32,000 nt of DNA from Nitrosococcus oceani ATCC 19707 (lineage in GTDB: Bacteria; Pseudomonadota; Gammaproteobacteria; Nitrosococcales; Nitrosococcaceae), in NCBI RefSeq assembly GCF_000012805.1, contig NC_007484.1, positions 3,420,001 to 3,452,000 of the forward strand. The letters run 5' to 3'. The notes below the pieces were generated by a model. It did not search any database. It saw only the letters and a list, made by a program, of their open reading frames with translations, and was not told the origin of the DNA. Shown piece by piece: positions 1-8,887 of the stretch; within the stretch, counting starts at the first letter, position 1; the number at the start of each line of letters is the position of its first letter. Both the position numbers and the translations under genes were made by a program.

Positions 1-669
1 AGTGGTCTTGATCCTGCTTATCATGGTTATGTTTACCTGCCGGTATTGGTGACTTCCATCATCGCCATGGTGCCCTTTATCATTTTGGCGGAAAAAAAAC
101 GCCGCATGAAAGAAGTGTTTATTGGCGCAGTAGCGGTGCTGGGCTTGGCGGAATTGGCCTGGCGCTTCTTTCATCCCTCTCTGGCAGGCACTATCGTTGC
201 TTTATGGCTGTTCTTCACTGCCTTTAATCTGTTGGAAGCCACCTTGCCCTCTCTGGTCTCTAAGCAAAGCCCCGCCGGAAGTAAGGGTACCGCCATGGGA
301 GTTTACTCCACCTGCCAATTTCTGGGGGCCTTTGTAGGCGGCTGGGCCGGCGGAGCCGTTTACGGGTATTTTGGCTTTGAAGGGGTCTTCACCTTTTGTG
401 CTGGCATCGTAGCCTTGTGGCTAATCTTTGCCGCCACCATGGAGCCGCCCCAATACTTGCGCAGTCAAACCCTTTCTATCGGAAAAGTGAATCCTGATGA
501 GGCTCAGCTTCTGGCGAAACGCCTTGCCCAAGTCACCGGCGTTGCCGATGTGGTAGTAGTTGCCGAAGAAGGGATAGCCTATCTCAAAGTGGATGATGAA
601 CGGCTGGATAAAGCTGCTCTTACTGAAATTGGGCCAGAGCAGATGCAATCGACTCAACCTTCAATATAG
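1..669 (+). CDS. MFS-type transporter, C-terminal part (5' end outside window)
   Basis: Frame 1 is open from base 1 with no upstream stop. The sequence is rich in TM segments (FFTAFNLLEATLPSLVSK, GTAMGVYSTCQFLGAFVGGWAGG), typical of the second half of an MFS permease, followed by a soluble C-terminal tail. An MFS gene directly upstream of ssb is a common gammaproteobacterial arrangement. Confidence 0.7.
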   Translation, partial: SGLDPAYHGYVYLPVLVTSIIAMVPFIILAEKKRRMKEVFIGAVAVLGLAELAWRFFHPSLAGTIVALWLFFTAFNLLEATLPSLVSKQSPAGSKGTAMGVYSTCQFLGAFVGGWAGGAVYGYFGFEGVFTFCAGIVALWLIFAATMEPPQYLRSQTLSIGKVNPDEAQLLAKRLAQVTGVADVVVVAEEGIAYLKVDDERLDKAALTEIGPEQMQSTQPSI

Positions 670-693
670 CCTTACAGCAGGAGAAAATTTATC

Positions 694-1185
694 ATGGCAT
701 CAAGGGGCGTTAACAAAGTCATCCTGGTAGGTAACCTGGGGCGCGATCCGGAAGTTCGTTATACCGCCAGCGGCGGAGCCATTGCCAATATCACCCTAGC
801 GACTTCAGAAACCTGGAAAGATAAAACCACCGGCGAGCAGCAAGAGCGTACCGAATGGCACCGGGTGGTATTCTTCGGTCGCCTGGGGGAAATTGCCGGG
901 GAGTATCTAAAAAAAGGCGCCAAAATTTATGTGGAAGGCCGCCTCCAAACTCGTAAGTGGCAGGGCCAAGACGGTCAGGACCGTTATACTACCGAGATTG
1001 TCGCCAGCGAAATGCAAATGCTGGATCGGGCCACAGGTGGTAGCGCCCCCTATAACGAGGATAATAGCATGCCAAGAGGAGGAACCGCGGGACACCCTCC
1101 TCACTCCCCATCCAGCCCTCAACCCCGGCCTTCAGCTCCCCCCTCCTCTAGCAATGACGATTTCGAGGATGATATTCCCTTTTGA
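694..1185 (+). CDS. ssb: single-stranded DNA-binding protein
   Basis: 163 aa. N-terminal OB fold ([35 protein letters not shown]), a Gly/Pro/Ser-rich linker and the canonical acidic tip DDFEDDIPF. An AGGAG SD lies upstream of the ATG. Confidence 0.97.
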   Translation: MASRGVNKVILVGNLGRDPEVRYTASGGAIANITLATSETWKDKTTGEQQERTEWHRVVFFGRLGEIAGEYLKKGAKIYVEGRLQTRKWQGQDGQDRYTTEIVASEMQMLDRATGGSAPYNEDNSMPRGGTAGHPPHSPSSPQPRPSAPPSSSNDDFEDDIPF

Positions 1186-1194
1186 CCCGGATAT

Positions 1195-1226
1195 AAGGCA
1201 AACGGTAAAGTTTGCTTCGTTTAATT
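1195..1226 (+). terminator. candidate intrinsic terminator of ssb
   Basis: Hairpin with stem GCAAAC/GTTTGC (1198-1203 / 1210-1215, extendable by A-T and G-T pairs) and loop GGTAAA, followed by a T-rich stretch (TTCGTTTAATTT). Confidence 0.4.
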
Positions 1227-1302
1227 TATATCTAACCGCTTGATTTATATCTAAATTTATAAATATTGAGACATTTGTGTTATATTCATTCATACTGTTG
1301 TG

Positions 1303-1635
1303 ATGAGATGTTCAATTGATTTGCGCAAACGAGTAATCGATTTTGTAAGGGGCGGTGGAAGCAAGGCGGAAGCGGCCCGGAGATTTCAGGTAGGCCGCGC
1401 GAGCATTTATCGCTGGTTGTCGCAGGATGATGCGCTGTGTTACGAGCGTCCCGGCCCTCGCCGTTCACACAAGCTGGACTGGGAGGCTTTACGGGTCCAT
1501 GTGGAAGACAAGGCTGCTCTCACCTATAAAGAACGCGCCCGGCATTTTGGCGTTTCGTATTACTGTATTTGGCATGCGATGCACAAAATGGGGTTAACCC
1601 GTAAAAAAAATGACGGGGTACACGCAGCGCTGTAA
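1303..1635 (+). CDS. IS630-family transposase, N-terminal HTH part (orfA)
   Basis: MRCSIDLRKRVIDFVRGGGSKAEAARRFQVGRASIYRWL is a typical IS630 N-terminal helix-turn-helix. The first ATG is at 1303 (the ORF track begins at a GTG at 1300). The ORF ends shortly after the A8 run at 1603-1610. Confidence 0.85.
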   Translation: MRCSIDLRKRVIDFVRGGGSKAEAARRFQVGRASIYRWLSQDDALCYERPGPRRSHKLDWEALRVHVEDKAALTYKERARHFGVSYYCIWHAMHKMGLTRKKNDGVHAAL

Positions 1636-2134
1636 TATGAAAAGAAAGAGCTTTCTTCGCCTTCGTGAACGCTATCGCCGCCGCGGCAAAAGATTTGTCT
1701 ATCTTGATGAAAGCGGTTTTGAGCCGGAGGTTTCCCGTCGTTACGCTTACGCTCCAAAGGGGCGGCGTGTTTATGGTCTGATCTCCGGTCATCGCAGACC
1801 GCGAACCTCTTTATTGGCCGCCCGTATGGATGAAGGCTTTGAAGCGCCGTTTCTATTTGAGGGAACCTGTAACACGGCTGTGTTCAATGCATGGCTGGAA
1901 AAAGAGCTTTGCCCCTTGCTCAACAGCAACCACATTGTCATCATGGATAATGCTCCGTTCCACAAAGCCGTTTCTTCACGTGAAATCATCAAAAAAACAG
2001 GGGCGGGAATTTTATTCCTCCCCCCTTATTCCCCTGACTTTAACCCCATAGAAAAAGACTTCGGAAATATCAAAAAAATCAGAGAATACAACGAACATGA
2101 AACCCTTGAGAATATCGTTGCAGCGTATCAGTAA
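1610..2134 (+). CDS. IS630-family transposase, DDE catalytic part (orfB, +1 frame relative to orfA)
   Basis: The DDE_3-type triad is visible: VYLDESGF, IVIMDNAPFH and NPIEKDF. By my count exactly 35 residues separate the second D from E (DD35E). The stop codon lies inside the right IR. Confidence 0.85.
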   Translation: MTGYTQRCNMKRKSFLRLRERYRRRGKRFVYLDESGFEPEVSRRYAYAPKGRRVYGLISGHRRPRTSLLAARMDEGFEAPFLFEGTCNTAVFNAWLEKELCPLLNSNHIVIMDNAPFHKAVSSREIIKKTGAGILFLPPYSPDFNPIEKDFGNIKKIREYNEHETLENIVAAYQ

Positions 2135-2191
2135 TTATAGATTTAGCTATAATAATTAAATAATAATAAAGAGTCTTCAGCGACCGTAAAG

Positions 2192-2563
2192 TTGTTGAAG
2201 GCTCTTTTGTTTGTTATTAATCATTCCCTTCAGGCCAAGTCTAAAATCAAGACTGCCTACGACAACGCCAAGCGGGCACTACCGGGTGGTTTGGCCAAAA
2301 CCAAGGAGCAGGCAAGCAAAGAGGCCGAAGAGCTTCAGGTAAAGGTAGATCGCCTTAAAACCGAGCTGGAAACCTACAAGCGTAAAGAAGAGCTTTGGCT
2401 GCGGCGCTGGCAGCAAATCGCCTTTCATATGCGCCAGAAGGGCATACAGATGGCTAGCATTGATAGAACGCCCCCAGAGGGAGCTGAGTTGCCTTCCAAT
2501 ACCGAAACTGCACAGATACTTAGATCCTTTGATAAAGAGATACCGCCCTCTGGACGAATCTAA
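2192..2563 (+). CDS. hypothetical coiled-coil protein, probably a 5'-truncated gene remnant
   Basis: Charged, heptad-like sequence (KEQASKEAEELQVKVDRLKTELETYKRKEELWLRRWQQ). The frame is open back to a stop at 2153-2155. The only candidate starts are TTG codons without an SD, and the first in-frame ATG is about 80 codons in. I recognise no family. Confidence 0.3.
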   Translation: MLKALLFVINHSLQAKSKIKTAYDNAKRALPGGLAKTKEQASKEAEELQVKVDRLKTELETYKRKEELWLRRWQQIAFHMRQKGIQMASIDRTPPEGAELPSNTETAQILRSFDKEIPPSGRI

Positions 2564-2651
2564 GTGCTTGGTGAGCAAAGTGATTGCGATCTGGCGAGCA
2601 TCTATATAAATTAGCTAAATTATCTAAGTGTGTCGGTCATGCAGGCTAAAA

Positions 2652-2891
2652 ATGAACGAAAACGAGATTTATGAGCGCATCAAACAGGTTTTGGCTGATG
2701 CCCCTCGCAATCAATACACCGCTGAGCTGCATCTGCAAATGATCAAATATGCCGATGAACTGAAGAACATCACCGCCAAAGAGTTCTGTGAAGGGGTTGG
2801 GCTAAGAAGCAGTTTTGGTACTGAATTTAGCAAAATGCGCAACCTTACCCAGCGCTTGAAAGCGGCAGGGTTGAAGACTGAACTAATATAG
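2652..2891 (+). CDS. small hypothetical protein (79 aa) with a possible helix-turn-helix, immediately upstream of hsdR
   Basis: ATG at 2652 (the track ORF starts at a GTG at 2628). The segment [23 protein letters not shown] looks HTH-like. The ORF ends 40 nt before the hsdR start on the same strand. Confidence 0.5.
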   Translation: MNENEIYERIKQVLADAPRNQYTAELHLQMIKYADELKNITAKEFCEGVGLRSSFGTEFSKMRNLTQRLKAAGLKTELI

Positions 2892-2931
2892 ATCATCGCA
2901 TTGGAATGGCGTTAAAACATGGGTAAGCACA

Positions 2932-5322
2932 ATGAATAAAAAACAACTCACGGAGCGAGACATCTGCACCAAGTTCATCACACCTGCGCTTGAACAGTCC
3001 GGATGGGATATTGCTACTCAAATACGTGAAGAATTCCCGCTGACCAAAGGGCGAATTATCGTCCGTGGCAAACTGCATACCCGTGCTAAACACAAACGTG
3101 CCGATTACGTACTTTTCTACAAGCCCAATATTCCTATTGCTGTGATTGAAGCGAAAGACAATAACCACAGCCTGGGTGACGGTATGCAACAGGGCTTGGG
3201 TTATGCGGAGATGCTTCAGGTTCCGTTTGTTTTCAGTTCAAACGGTGACGGCTTTCTGTTTCACAACAAAATCGCCAAAGACGGCATCATTGAGCGCGAG
3301 TTAGCACTACACGAATTCCCTTCGGCAGAGACACTCTGGCAATGGTGGGCAGAGCACAAAGGGCTTGATCAACAACAAAACAAACTGGTGACGCAAGATT
3401 ACTACAGTGATGGCAGTAACAAAACGCCGCGCTACTACCAGCTCTTGGCCATTAACAAAACCATCGAAGCCATTGCCAATGGCCAGAATCGCATACTACT
3501 GGTTATGGCGACGGGCACAGGAAAAACTTTTACCGCCTTCCAAATCATCTGGCGCTTGTGGCGATCCAAAGCCAAAAAGCGCATCCTGTTTTTGGCGGAT
3601 CGCAATATTCTGGTCGATCAGACCATGACCAATGACTTCAAGCCCTTCGGTTCGGCCATGACCAAAATCCAGAAGCGCCAGGCTAACAAGTCATACGAAA
3701 TCTATCTCTCGCTTTATCAGGCGGTTACCGGCAACGAAGAAAAGAAAAACATTTACAAACAATTCAGCCCGGATTTTTTCGACCTAATCGTCATTGATGA
3801 ATGCCACAGAGGCAGTGCCGCAGCCGACTCCGCTTGGCGCGAAATCCTGGAGTATTTCTCCTCTGCCACCCAAATCGGCCTAACCGCCACACCGAAAGAA
3901 ACCAAAGAAGTGTCGAATATCGACTATTTTGGCGACCCGATTTACACCTACAGCCTGCGTCAAGGCATTGATGACGGTTTTTTGGCCCCCTACAAGGTGG
4001 TGCGTATAGATCTCGACCGAGATTTAACCGGCTGGCGGCCTGACAAAGGGATGACCGATAAACACGGTAACGAGATCGAAGATCGTATCTACAACCAGAA
4101 AGACTTTGATAAAACGCTGGTACTAGAACAGCGCACTCAATTAGTCGCCAAGAAAATTACGGAATTTCTCAAGCAAACCAATCGCTTTGATAAAGCCATC
4201 GTGTTTTGCGAAAACATCGACCATGCCGAGCGTATGCGGCAGGCTTTGGTCAACGAAAATGCCGATTTGGTCGCGCAAAACAGCAAGTACATCATGCGCA
4301 TAACCGGCGACAACGAAGAAGGCAAGGCCGAGCTAGACAACTTTATTTTTCCTGAGAGCAAATACCCGGTGATTGCCACGACGTCCAAGTTAATGACCAC
4401 AGGCGTCGATGCGCAAACCTGCAAATTGATCGTGCTCGACCAACGCATCCAGTCCATGACGGAATTTAAGCAAATTATCGGGCGTGGCGCCCGTATCAAT
4501 GAAGATTACGGCAAGTTCTACTTCACCATCATCGACTTCAAAAAAGCCACCGAACTCTTTGCTGATCCAGACTTTGATGGCGACCCGGTACAAGTGTATG
4601 AACCCTCTGGATCTGAATCCCCCGTGCCGCCAGATATACCTTTAGAGGAAGTTGCAGGCGAGGCGGATAAAGAAGGAATGACATACCCCAAACCCGGTGA
4701 TGATCGCGAGTGGAGTGGCATTGCGGAGCCTGATGATGAAGGCGGCGGTGTGCGTCGCTATGTCGTGGCCAATGTACCGGTCACAGTTGCGGCTGAACGT
4801 GTACAGTATTTTGATGCTAATGGCAAGCTCATCACCGAATCACTTAAAGACTACACCCGCAAGGCGGTGGCGAAAGAATACGCCACACTCGACGATTTCC
4901 TGCGCCGCTGGAGCAGTGCCGAGAAGAAGCAGGCCATTATTAAAAAGCTGGCCGAGCACGGTGTGTTTTTTGAAGCGCTGGCCGATGAAGTGGGCGAAAA
5001 ATCAGGCAAAGCCTTTGATCCTTTTGATCTGGTGTGTCATATCGCCTGGGATATGCCGCCGCTAACCCGTAAAGAGCGAGCCGAGCAGGTTAAAAAGCGC
5101 AACTACTTTACCCAGTACGGTGAGCAGGCTCGAAAGGTGTTAGAAGCTTTATTGGATAAATACGCCGATGAAGGCGTGGCGCAAATTGAAGAAACCCGAA
5201 TTCTTACTATCGCGCCCTTTACCCAATTTGGCACACCGCTGGAAATCATCCGCGCCTTCGGTGGTCCGGATCAGTACCAGCAAGCCGTAAACGAACTCGA
5301 ACAGGCGCTTTATAACGCCTGA
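2932..5322 (+). CDS. hsdR: type I restriction enzyme R subunit (EcoEI/type IB-like architecture)
   Basis: 796 aa. N-terminal PD-(D/E)xK nuclease motif (ADYVLFY...IAVIEAKD), SF2 helicase motif I ([14 protein letters not shown]), motif II (VIDECHRG) and motif VI-like (QIIGRGARI). The C-terminal region resembles the EcoEI_R_C domain ([22 protein letters not shown]). Confidence 0.95.
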   Translation: MNKKQLTERDICTKFITPALEQSGWDIATQIREEFPLTKGRIIVRGKLHTRAKHKRADYVLFYKPNIPIAVIEAKDNNHSLGDGMQQGLGYAEMLQVPFVFSSNGDGFLFHNKIAKDGIIERELALHEFPSAETLWQWWAEHKGLDQQQNKLVTQDYYSDGSNKTPRYYQLLAINKTIEAIANGQNRILLVMATGTGKTFTAFQIIWRLWRSKAKKRILFLADRNILVDQTMTNDFKPFGSAMTKIQKRQANKSYEIYLSLYQAVTGNEEKKNIYKQFSPDFFDLIVIDECHRGSAAADSAWREILEYFSSATQIGLTATPKETKEVSNIDYFGDPIYTYSLRQGIDDGFLAPYKVVRIDLDRDLTGWRPDKGMTDKHGNEIEDRIYNQKDFDKTLVLEQRTQLVAKKITEFLKQTNRFDKAIVFCENIDHAERMRQALVNENADLVAQNSKYIMRITGDNEEGKAELDNFIFPESKYPVIATTSKLMTTGVDAQTCKLIVLDQRIQSMTEFKQIIGRGARINEDYGKFYFTIIDFKKATELFADPDFDGDPVQVYEPSGSESPVPPDIPLEEVAGEADKEGMTYPKPGDDREWSGIAEPDDEGGGVRRYVVANVPVTVAAERVQYFDANGKLITESLKDYTRKAVAKEYATLDDFLRRWSSAEKKQAIIKKLAEHGVFFEALADEVGEKSGKAFDPFDLVCHIAWDMPPLTRKERAEQVKKRNYFTQYGEQARKVLEALLDKYADEGVAQIEETRILTIAPFTQFGTPLEIIRAFGGPDQYQQAVNELEQALYNA

Positions 5323-5348
5323 TAGAAAGCATTGGAGATAGCAATACC

Positions 5349-6814
5349 ATGTCATTAACCACCCTCATCAAATCCATTCAGGACATCATGCGCAAAGACG
5401 TTGGCGTCGATGGTGACGCCCAGCGCATCAGCCAGATGGTTTGGCTTATTTTCCTGAAGATTTTTGATGACAAGGAGCAAGAATGGCAGCTCACAGTGCC
5501 CGGCTATAAATCGCCTCTGCCAAGCCGCTTCCGCTGGTCAACCTGGGCGAAAAACCCCGAGGGTATTACCGGTGAAGAGCTGATCGACTTTGTTAACAAC
5601 GATCTGTTCCCTGCGCTTAAGAAGCTCGCGACCACAGCCGGTGTGTCGCCTCATGGCAAAGTGGTGGGTTCGGTATTTGAAGATGCCTACAACTACATGA
5701 AGTCGGGTACTTTATTGCGCCAGGTCATTAACACTATTGAGGAAAATGTTGATTTTAACAAATCGGGCGACCGCCATTTGTTTAACGATATTTACGAAAA
5801 AATCCTGGCTGATTTGCAGTCGGCAGGCAATGCGGGTGAATACTACACTCCTCGTGCCGTCACCCAATTTATGGTGGATATTCTTGATCCTCAGCTAGGC
5901 CAGTCCATCCTCGATCCGGCCTGTGGTACTGGGGGATTTCTCACATGCGCCATTGAGCACTTGAACAAGCAAGTTAAAAATAATGACGACCGGCAACGCC
6001 TGCAAGATTCCATTCATGGCGTAGAGAAAAAGCCCCTGCCGCACATGCTGGCCATGACCAACGTCATGCTACATGGCATTGATGTGCCCACCAATATTCG
6101 CCACGACAATACCCTAAGCCGCCCATTAAAAAATTACAGCCCGAAAGAGCGTGTCGATATCATCATTACCAACCCGCCGTTTGGCGGCATGGAAGAAGAC
6201 GGTATCGAAAACAATTTCCCGCGCAAATACCAGACCAGAGAAACGGCCGATTTGTTTATGGCGCTGATCATGCACCTGCTAAAGCATGATACGGGTAAAG
6301 CAGCGGTGGTATTGCCAGATGGCTTCCTTTTTGGCGAAGGCACCAAAACCACCCTAAAGCGTGAATTGTTGGAAGAATTCAATCTGCACACCATTGTGCG
6401 CCTGCCAAAAGGTGTATTTGCCCCTTACACCAGTATTGCCACAATATTCTGTTTGTTGAAAAAGGCGGGCCTACCAAGAATGTGTGGTTCTTCGAGCATC
6501 CCTACCCCGAGGGCTACAAATCCTATTCACGCTCCAAGCCCTTAACCATTGGTGAGTTTGATCTCGAAAAAACCTGGTGGGGCAGCGCAACACGTAAAGG
6601 CCGTAAAGTCACTGAACATGCCTGGAAGGTATCGGCTAAAGAACTGGCTGAACGCAATTACAACCTTGATTGCAAAAATCCGCACGAGGTCGAACTCGAA
6701 CACCAAGACCCAGCGGAGTTGATGATCGAATACCAAGCGATCGTTCGCCAGTTGGAAACCACGCAACAGGCGCTAAAAAACGAGTTAATGGCCTGCTTGG
6801 GGGCTAAGACATGA
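5349..6814 (+). pseudogene. hsdM: type I R-M N6-adenine DNA methyltransferase M subunit, interrupted by a 1-nt frameshift
   Basis: Motif I (LDPACGTGGFL) and motif IV (IITNPPFGG) are present. The protein sequence continues naturally only if the frame shifts from 3 to 2 at about 6441-6446 (...PYTSIAT|NILFVEKGGPTKNVWFFEHPYPEGYKSY...). The track shows this as two overlapping ORFs, 5349-6545 and 6482-6814. The restored length is about 488 aa. The TGA stop overlaps the hsdS ATG (ATGA). Confidence 0.9.
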
Positions 6815-8505
6815 CCCAAGCAGTGCATGCTTCACTGGAACAGCATTTTGATACCGCCTTTTCAGCGCCAGATGGTATCGCCAAGCTGCGCGAACTGATT
6901 TTGACCTTGGCCATGCAAGGCAAGTTGGTACCCCAAGACCCCAATGATCCACCTGCCAGCGAGTTATTAAAGGAAATCGAAGCCGAAAAGCGGCGTTTGG
7001 TAGAGGAGAAGAAAATTAAAAAGCCGAAGCTATTGCCACCTATTAAGCTAGAGGAGGTGCCCTACGAGCTGCCAGAGGGGTGGGAGTGGGTCAGGCTAGG
7101 TGAAATCGGAGTCATTAATCCTCGTAACAATGCTGAAGATTCAATAAAGGCCGGGTTTGTCCCTATGCCGATGATCCCTGAAGGTTATTCAGAAGAGCAC
7201 CAATTTGAGGAGCGCACTTGGAGTGATGTTAAAAAAGGCTACACCCATCTTGCCGATAGTGATGTGGGCATGGCGAAAATCACTCCTTGTTTTGAGAATG
7301 CAAAATCATGCGTGTTTTCAGGGTTACCAAATGGGCTAGGAGCAGGTACAACGGAGCTTCACATTTTTAGAAACACTTTCAATGCGGTTCTGCCAAGATT
7401 CCTGCTGTATTACTTGAAAAACCCACATTATATTTCAAAAACAGTGCCATACATGACAGGCTCAGCTGGCCAAAAGCGAGTGCCAACACCGTATTTTACT
7501 GAGCAATTATTTCCTCTTCCTTCCTTGTCCGAACAACAGCGTATCGTCGCCCGCATCGACCAGCTAATGGCTCGTTGTGATGAGCTGGAAAAACTGCGCA
7601 AAGAGCGGGAAGAGGTGCGCCTGAAGGTTCACGCTGCGGCCATCAAGCAATTGTTGGATGCACCCGATGCCGGTTGGCCCTTTATCCAACAGCATTTTAG
7701 TGAACTCTACACAGTTAAAGAAAACGTCGCCGAACTGCGCAAAGCCATTCTACAACTCGCCGTTATAGGCCGCCTTGTACCCCAAGACTCCAACGACCCG
7801 CCTGCCTGCGAGCTGTTAAAGGAAATTGAAGCTGAAAAACAGCGGTTGGTGGATGAGAAGAAAATCAAAAAGCTAAAGCCGTTACCGCCTATTAAACCGG
7901 AGGAAGTGCCTTATCAATTGCCGCGAGGTTGGGAGTGGGTGAGGTTACAGGATGTATTAGATGTTCGAGACGGAACACATGATTCTCCAAAAGATGCTGT
8001 TGGGTCTGATACCTACCCACTCATCACCAGCAAGAACTTCTCCAATGGTCGAATTGATTTTTCTGAAGCAAGGATGATTTCTTCAGAAGATCATTTTGAA
8101 ATTACAAAAAGATCAAAGGTAGACCGCCTCGACATACTTTTCTCGATGATAGGTGGCAATATTGGTAACCAAGTTATCGTTCAAGAAGATCGTGAATTTA
8201 GCATAAAAAATGTTGCTCTTTTCAAGTATTACGATAGAAACCTAACGTACCCATATTTTATAAAGAGATTTATGGAGCATATTGCAGCTGATTTGCAGCA
8301 AAAAGCCGTGGGTGGAGCACAACCTTTTGTATCTCTCGGATTTTTAAGGAATATCGTTTTCGGCCTCCCTCCGATAAACGAACAATACCACATCGTTGCC
8401 CGTATCGATGAGTTGATGGCATTGTGTGACAAGCTTGATCAGCAGATTGAAGCAGCTTCCTGCAAGCAGAGTGCCCTGCTTAACTCCGTGATGGCGCAGG
8501 TATAG
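6811..8505 (+). CDS. hsdS: type I R-M specificity subunit
   Basis: 564 aa. Two variable target-recognition regions alternate with two conserved ~73-aa repeats (LVPQDPNDPPASELLKEIEAEK...GWEWVRL). The start is coupled to the hsdM stop by an ATGA overlap. Confidence 0.93.
   Translation: MTQAVHASLEQHFDTAFSAPDGIAKLRELILTLAMQGKLVPQDPNDPPASELLKEIEAEKRRLVEEKKIKKPKLLPPIKLEEVPYELPEGWEWVRLGEIGVINPRNNAEDSIKAGFVPMPMIPEGYSEEHQFEERTWSDVKKGYTHLADSDVGMAKITPCFENAKSCVFSGLPNGLGAGTTELHIFRNTFNAVLPRFLLYYLKNPHYISKTVPYMTGSAGQKRVPTPYFTEQLFPLPSLSEQQRIVARIDQLMARCDELEKLRKEREEVRLKVHAAAIKQLLDAPDAGWPFIQQHFSELYTVKENVAELRKAILQLAVIGRLVPQDSNDPPACELLKEIEAEKQRLVDEKKIKKLKPLPPIKPEEVPYQLPRGWEWVRLQDVLDVRDGTHDSPKDAVGSDTYPLITSKNFSNGRIDFSEARMISSEDHFEITKRSKVDRLDILFSMIGGNIGNQVIVQEDREFSIKNVALFKYYDRNLTYPYFIKRFMEHIAADLQQKAVGGAQPFVSLGFLRNIVFGLPPINEQYHIVARIDELMALCDKLDQQIEAASCKQSALLNSVMAQV
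6880..7098 (+). repeat. hsdS conserved-region repeat, copy 1
   Basis: 219-bp segment encoding AKLRELILTLAMQGKLVPQD...EGWEWVRL. It is a direct repeat of 7729-7947, roughly 75-80% nucleotide identity by eye. Confidence 0.85.
7729..7947 (+). repeat. hsdS conserved-region repeat, copy 2
   Basis: Encodes AELRKAILQLAVIGRLVPQD...RGWEWVRL, in frame and collinear with copy 1. Confidence 0.85.
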
Positions 8506-8514
8506 GGAAGTCTT

Positions 8515-8887
8515 ATGCGCTTAAAATCACTCTATATCGGCCAGTACAAGAACCTTCTGGATTTTTCTCTGAGCTTCGACGGCAGTAGTTTTATTGATGT
8601 GTTTGTGGGTAAAAACGGCACAGGAAAATCCAACTTATTCGAGGCGTTGATTGAAATCTTTCGTCATATTGTTGAATACGATAGAAGTAAAGCAGACCTT
8701 GGGTTTAGCCTACCGTGTGGTTTATGAAATTGAAGGTTCAGAAACGACCATAGAGTGGAGCTGGGGGGAAATTGATGGCGCTGCTCTTCGTAATCGCCCC
8801 AAAAATCGTGGGTTGAGAATTAATGAGCGAAAGCGAAAAACGGAGCGTGAAGCCGAAATCCTAACGAGAATTCCAGGCCAGAGTTAA
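8515..8887 (+). pseudogene. remnant of a P-loop (AAA_15/21, OLD/ABC-like) ATPase gene, frameshifted and 3'-truncated
   Basis: The N-terminus MRLKSLYIGQYKNLLDFSLSF...VFVGKNGTGKSNLFEAL carries a Walker A motif. Frame 1 stops at 8727, but the sequence continues sensibly in frame 2 (..YRVVYEIEGSETTIEWSWGE..) after an apparent 1-nt insertion near 8700-8712. Only about 123 codons are present in total, whereas this class is usually 400-600 aa. The ATG lies 7 nt after the hsdS stop and has a GGAAG SD. Confidence 0.7.

Larger units (their letters stand above)
1246..2151 (+). mobile_element. IS630-family insertion sequence (~0.9 kb)
   Basis: Imperfect terminal inverted repeats of about 27 bp (1246-1272 vs reverse complement of 2125-2151, roughly 21/27 identical by eye), starting TATA(T/G)CTAAAT. 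TA dinucleotides at both junctions fit the TA target duplication of IS630/Tc1-mariner. The two internal ORFs encode an HTH domain and a DD35E domain. Confidence 0.85.

Noticed and set aside
421-1243. Track ORFs 421-657(-), 907-1122(-) and 929-1243(+), which overlap the MFS and ssb genes
   Set aside because: They lie inside or antisense to confidently identified genes, have low-complexity or odd composition, and have no SD. They are shadow ORFs.
2178-2184. CAGCGAC, identical to 7 nt of the tRNA-Pro gene (9081-9087), considered as a possible att repeat marking the distal island end
   Set aside because: Seven nt is within chance expectation, the match is internal to the tRNA rather than at its 3' end, and there is no extension of identity on either side.
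6482-6814. The 110-aa ORF treated as an independent gene between hsdM and hsdS
   Set aside because: Its sequence (WFFEHPYPEGYKSY...) is the normal C-terminal region of HsdM. It is the downstream half of the frameshifted hsdM, not a separate gene.
8651-8887. The 78-aa ORF treated as an independent gene
   Set aside because: From about residue 20 it continues the ATPase N-terminal domain (YRVVYEIEGSETTIEW). It is best explained as the post-frameshift part of the 8515 ORF.
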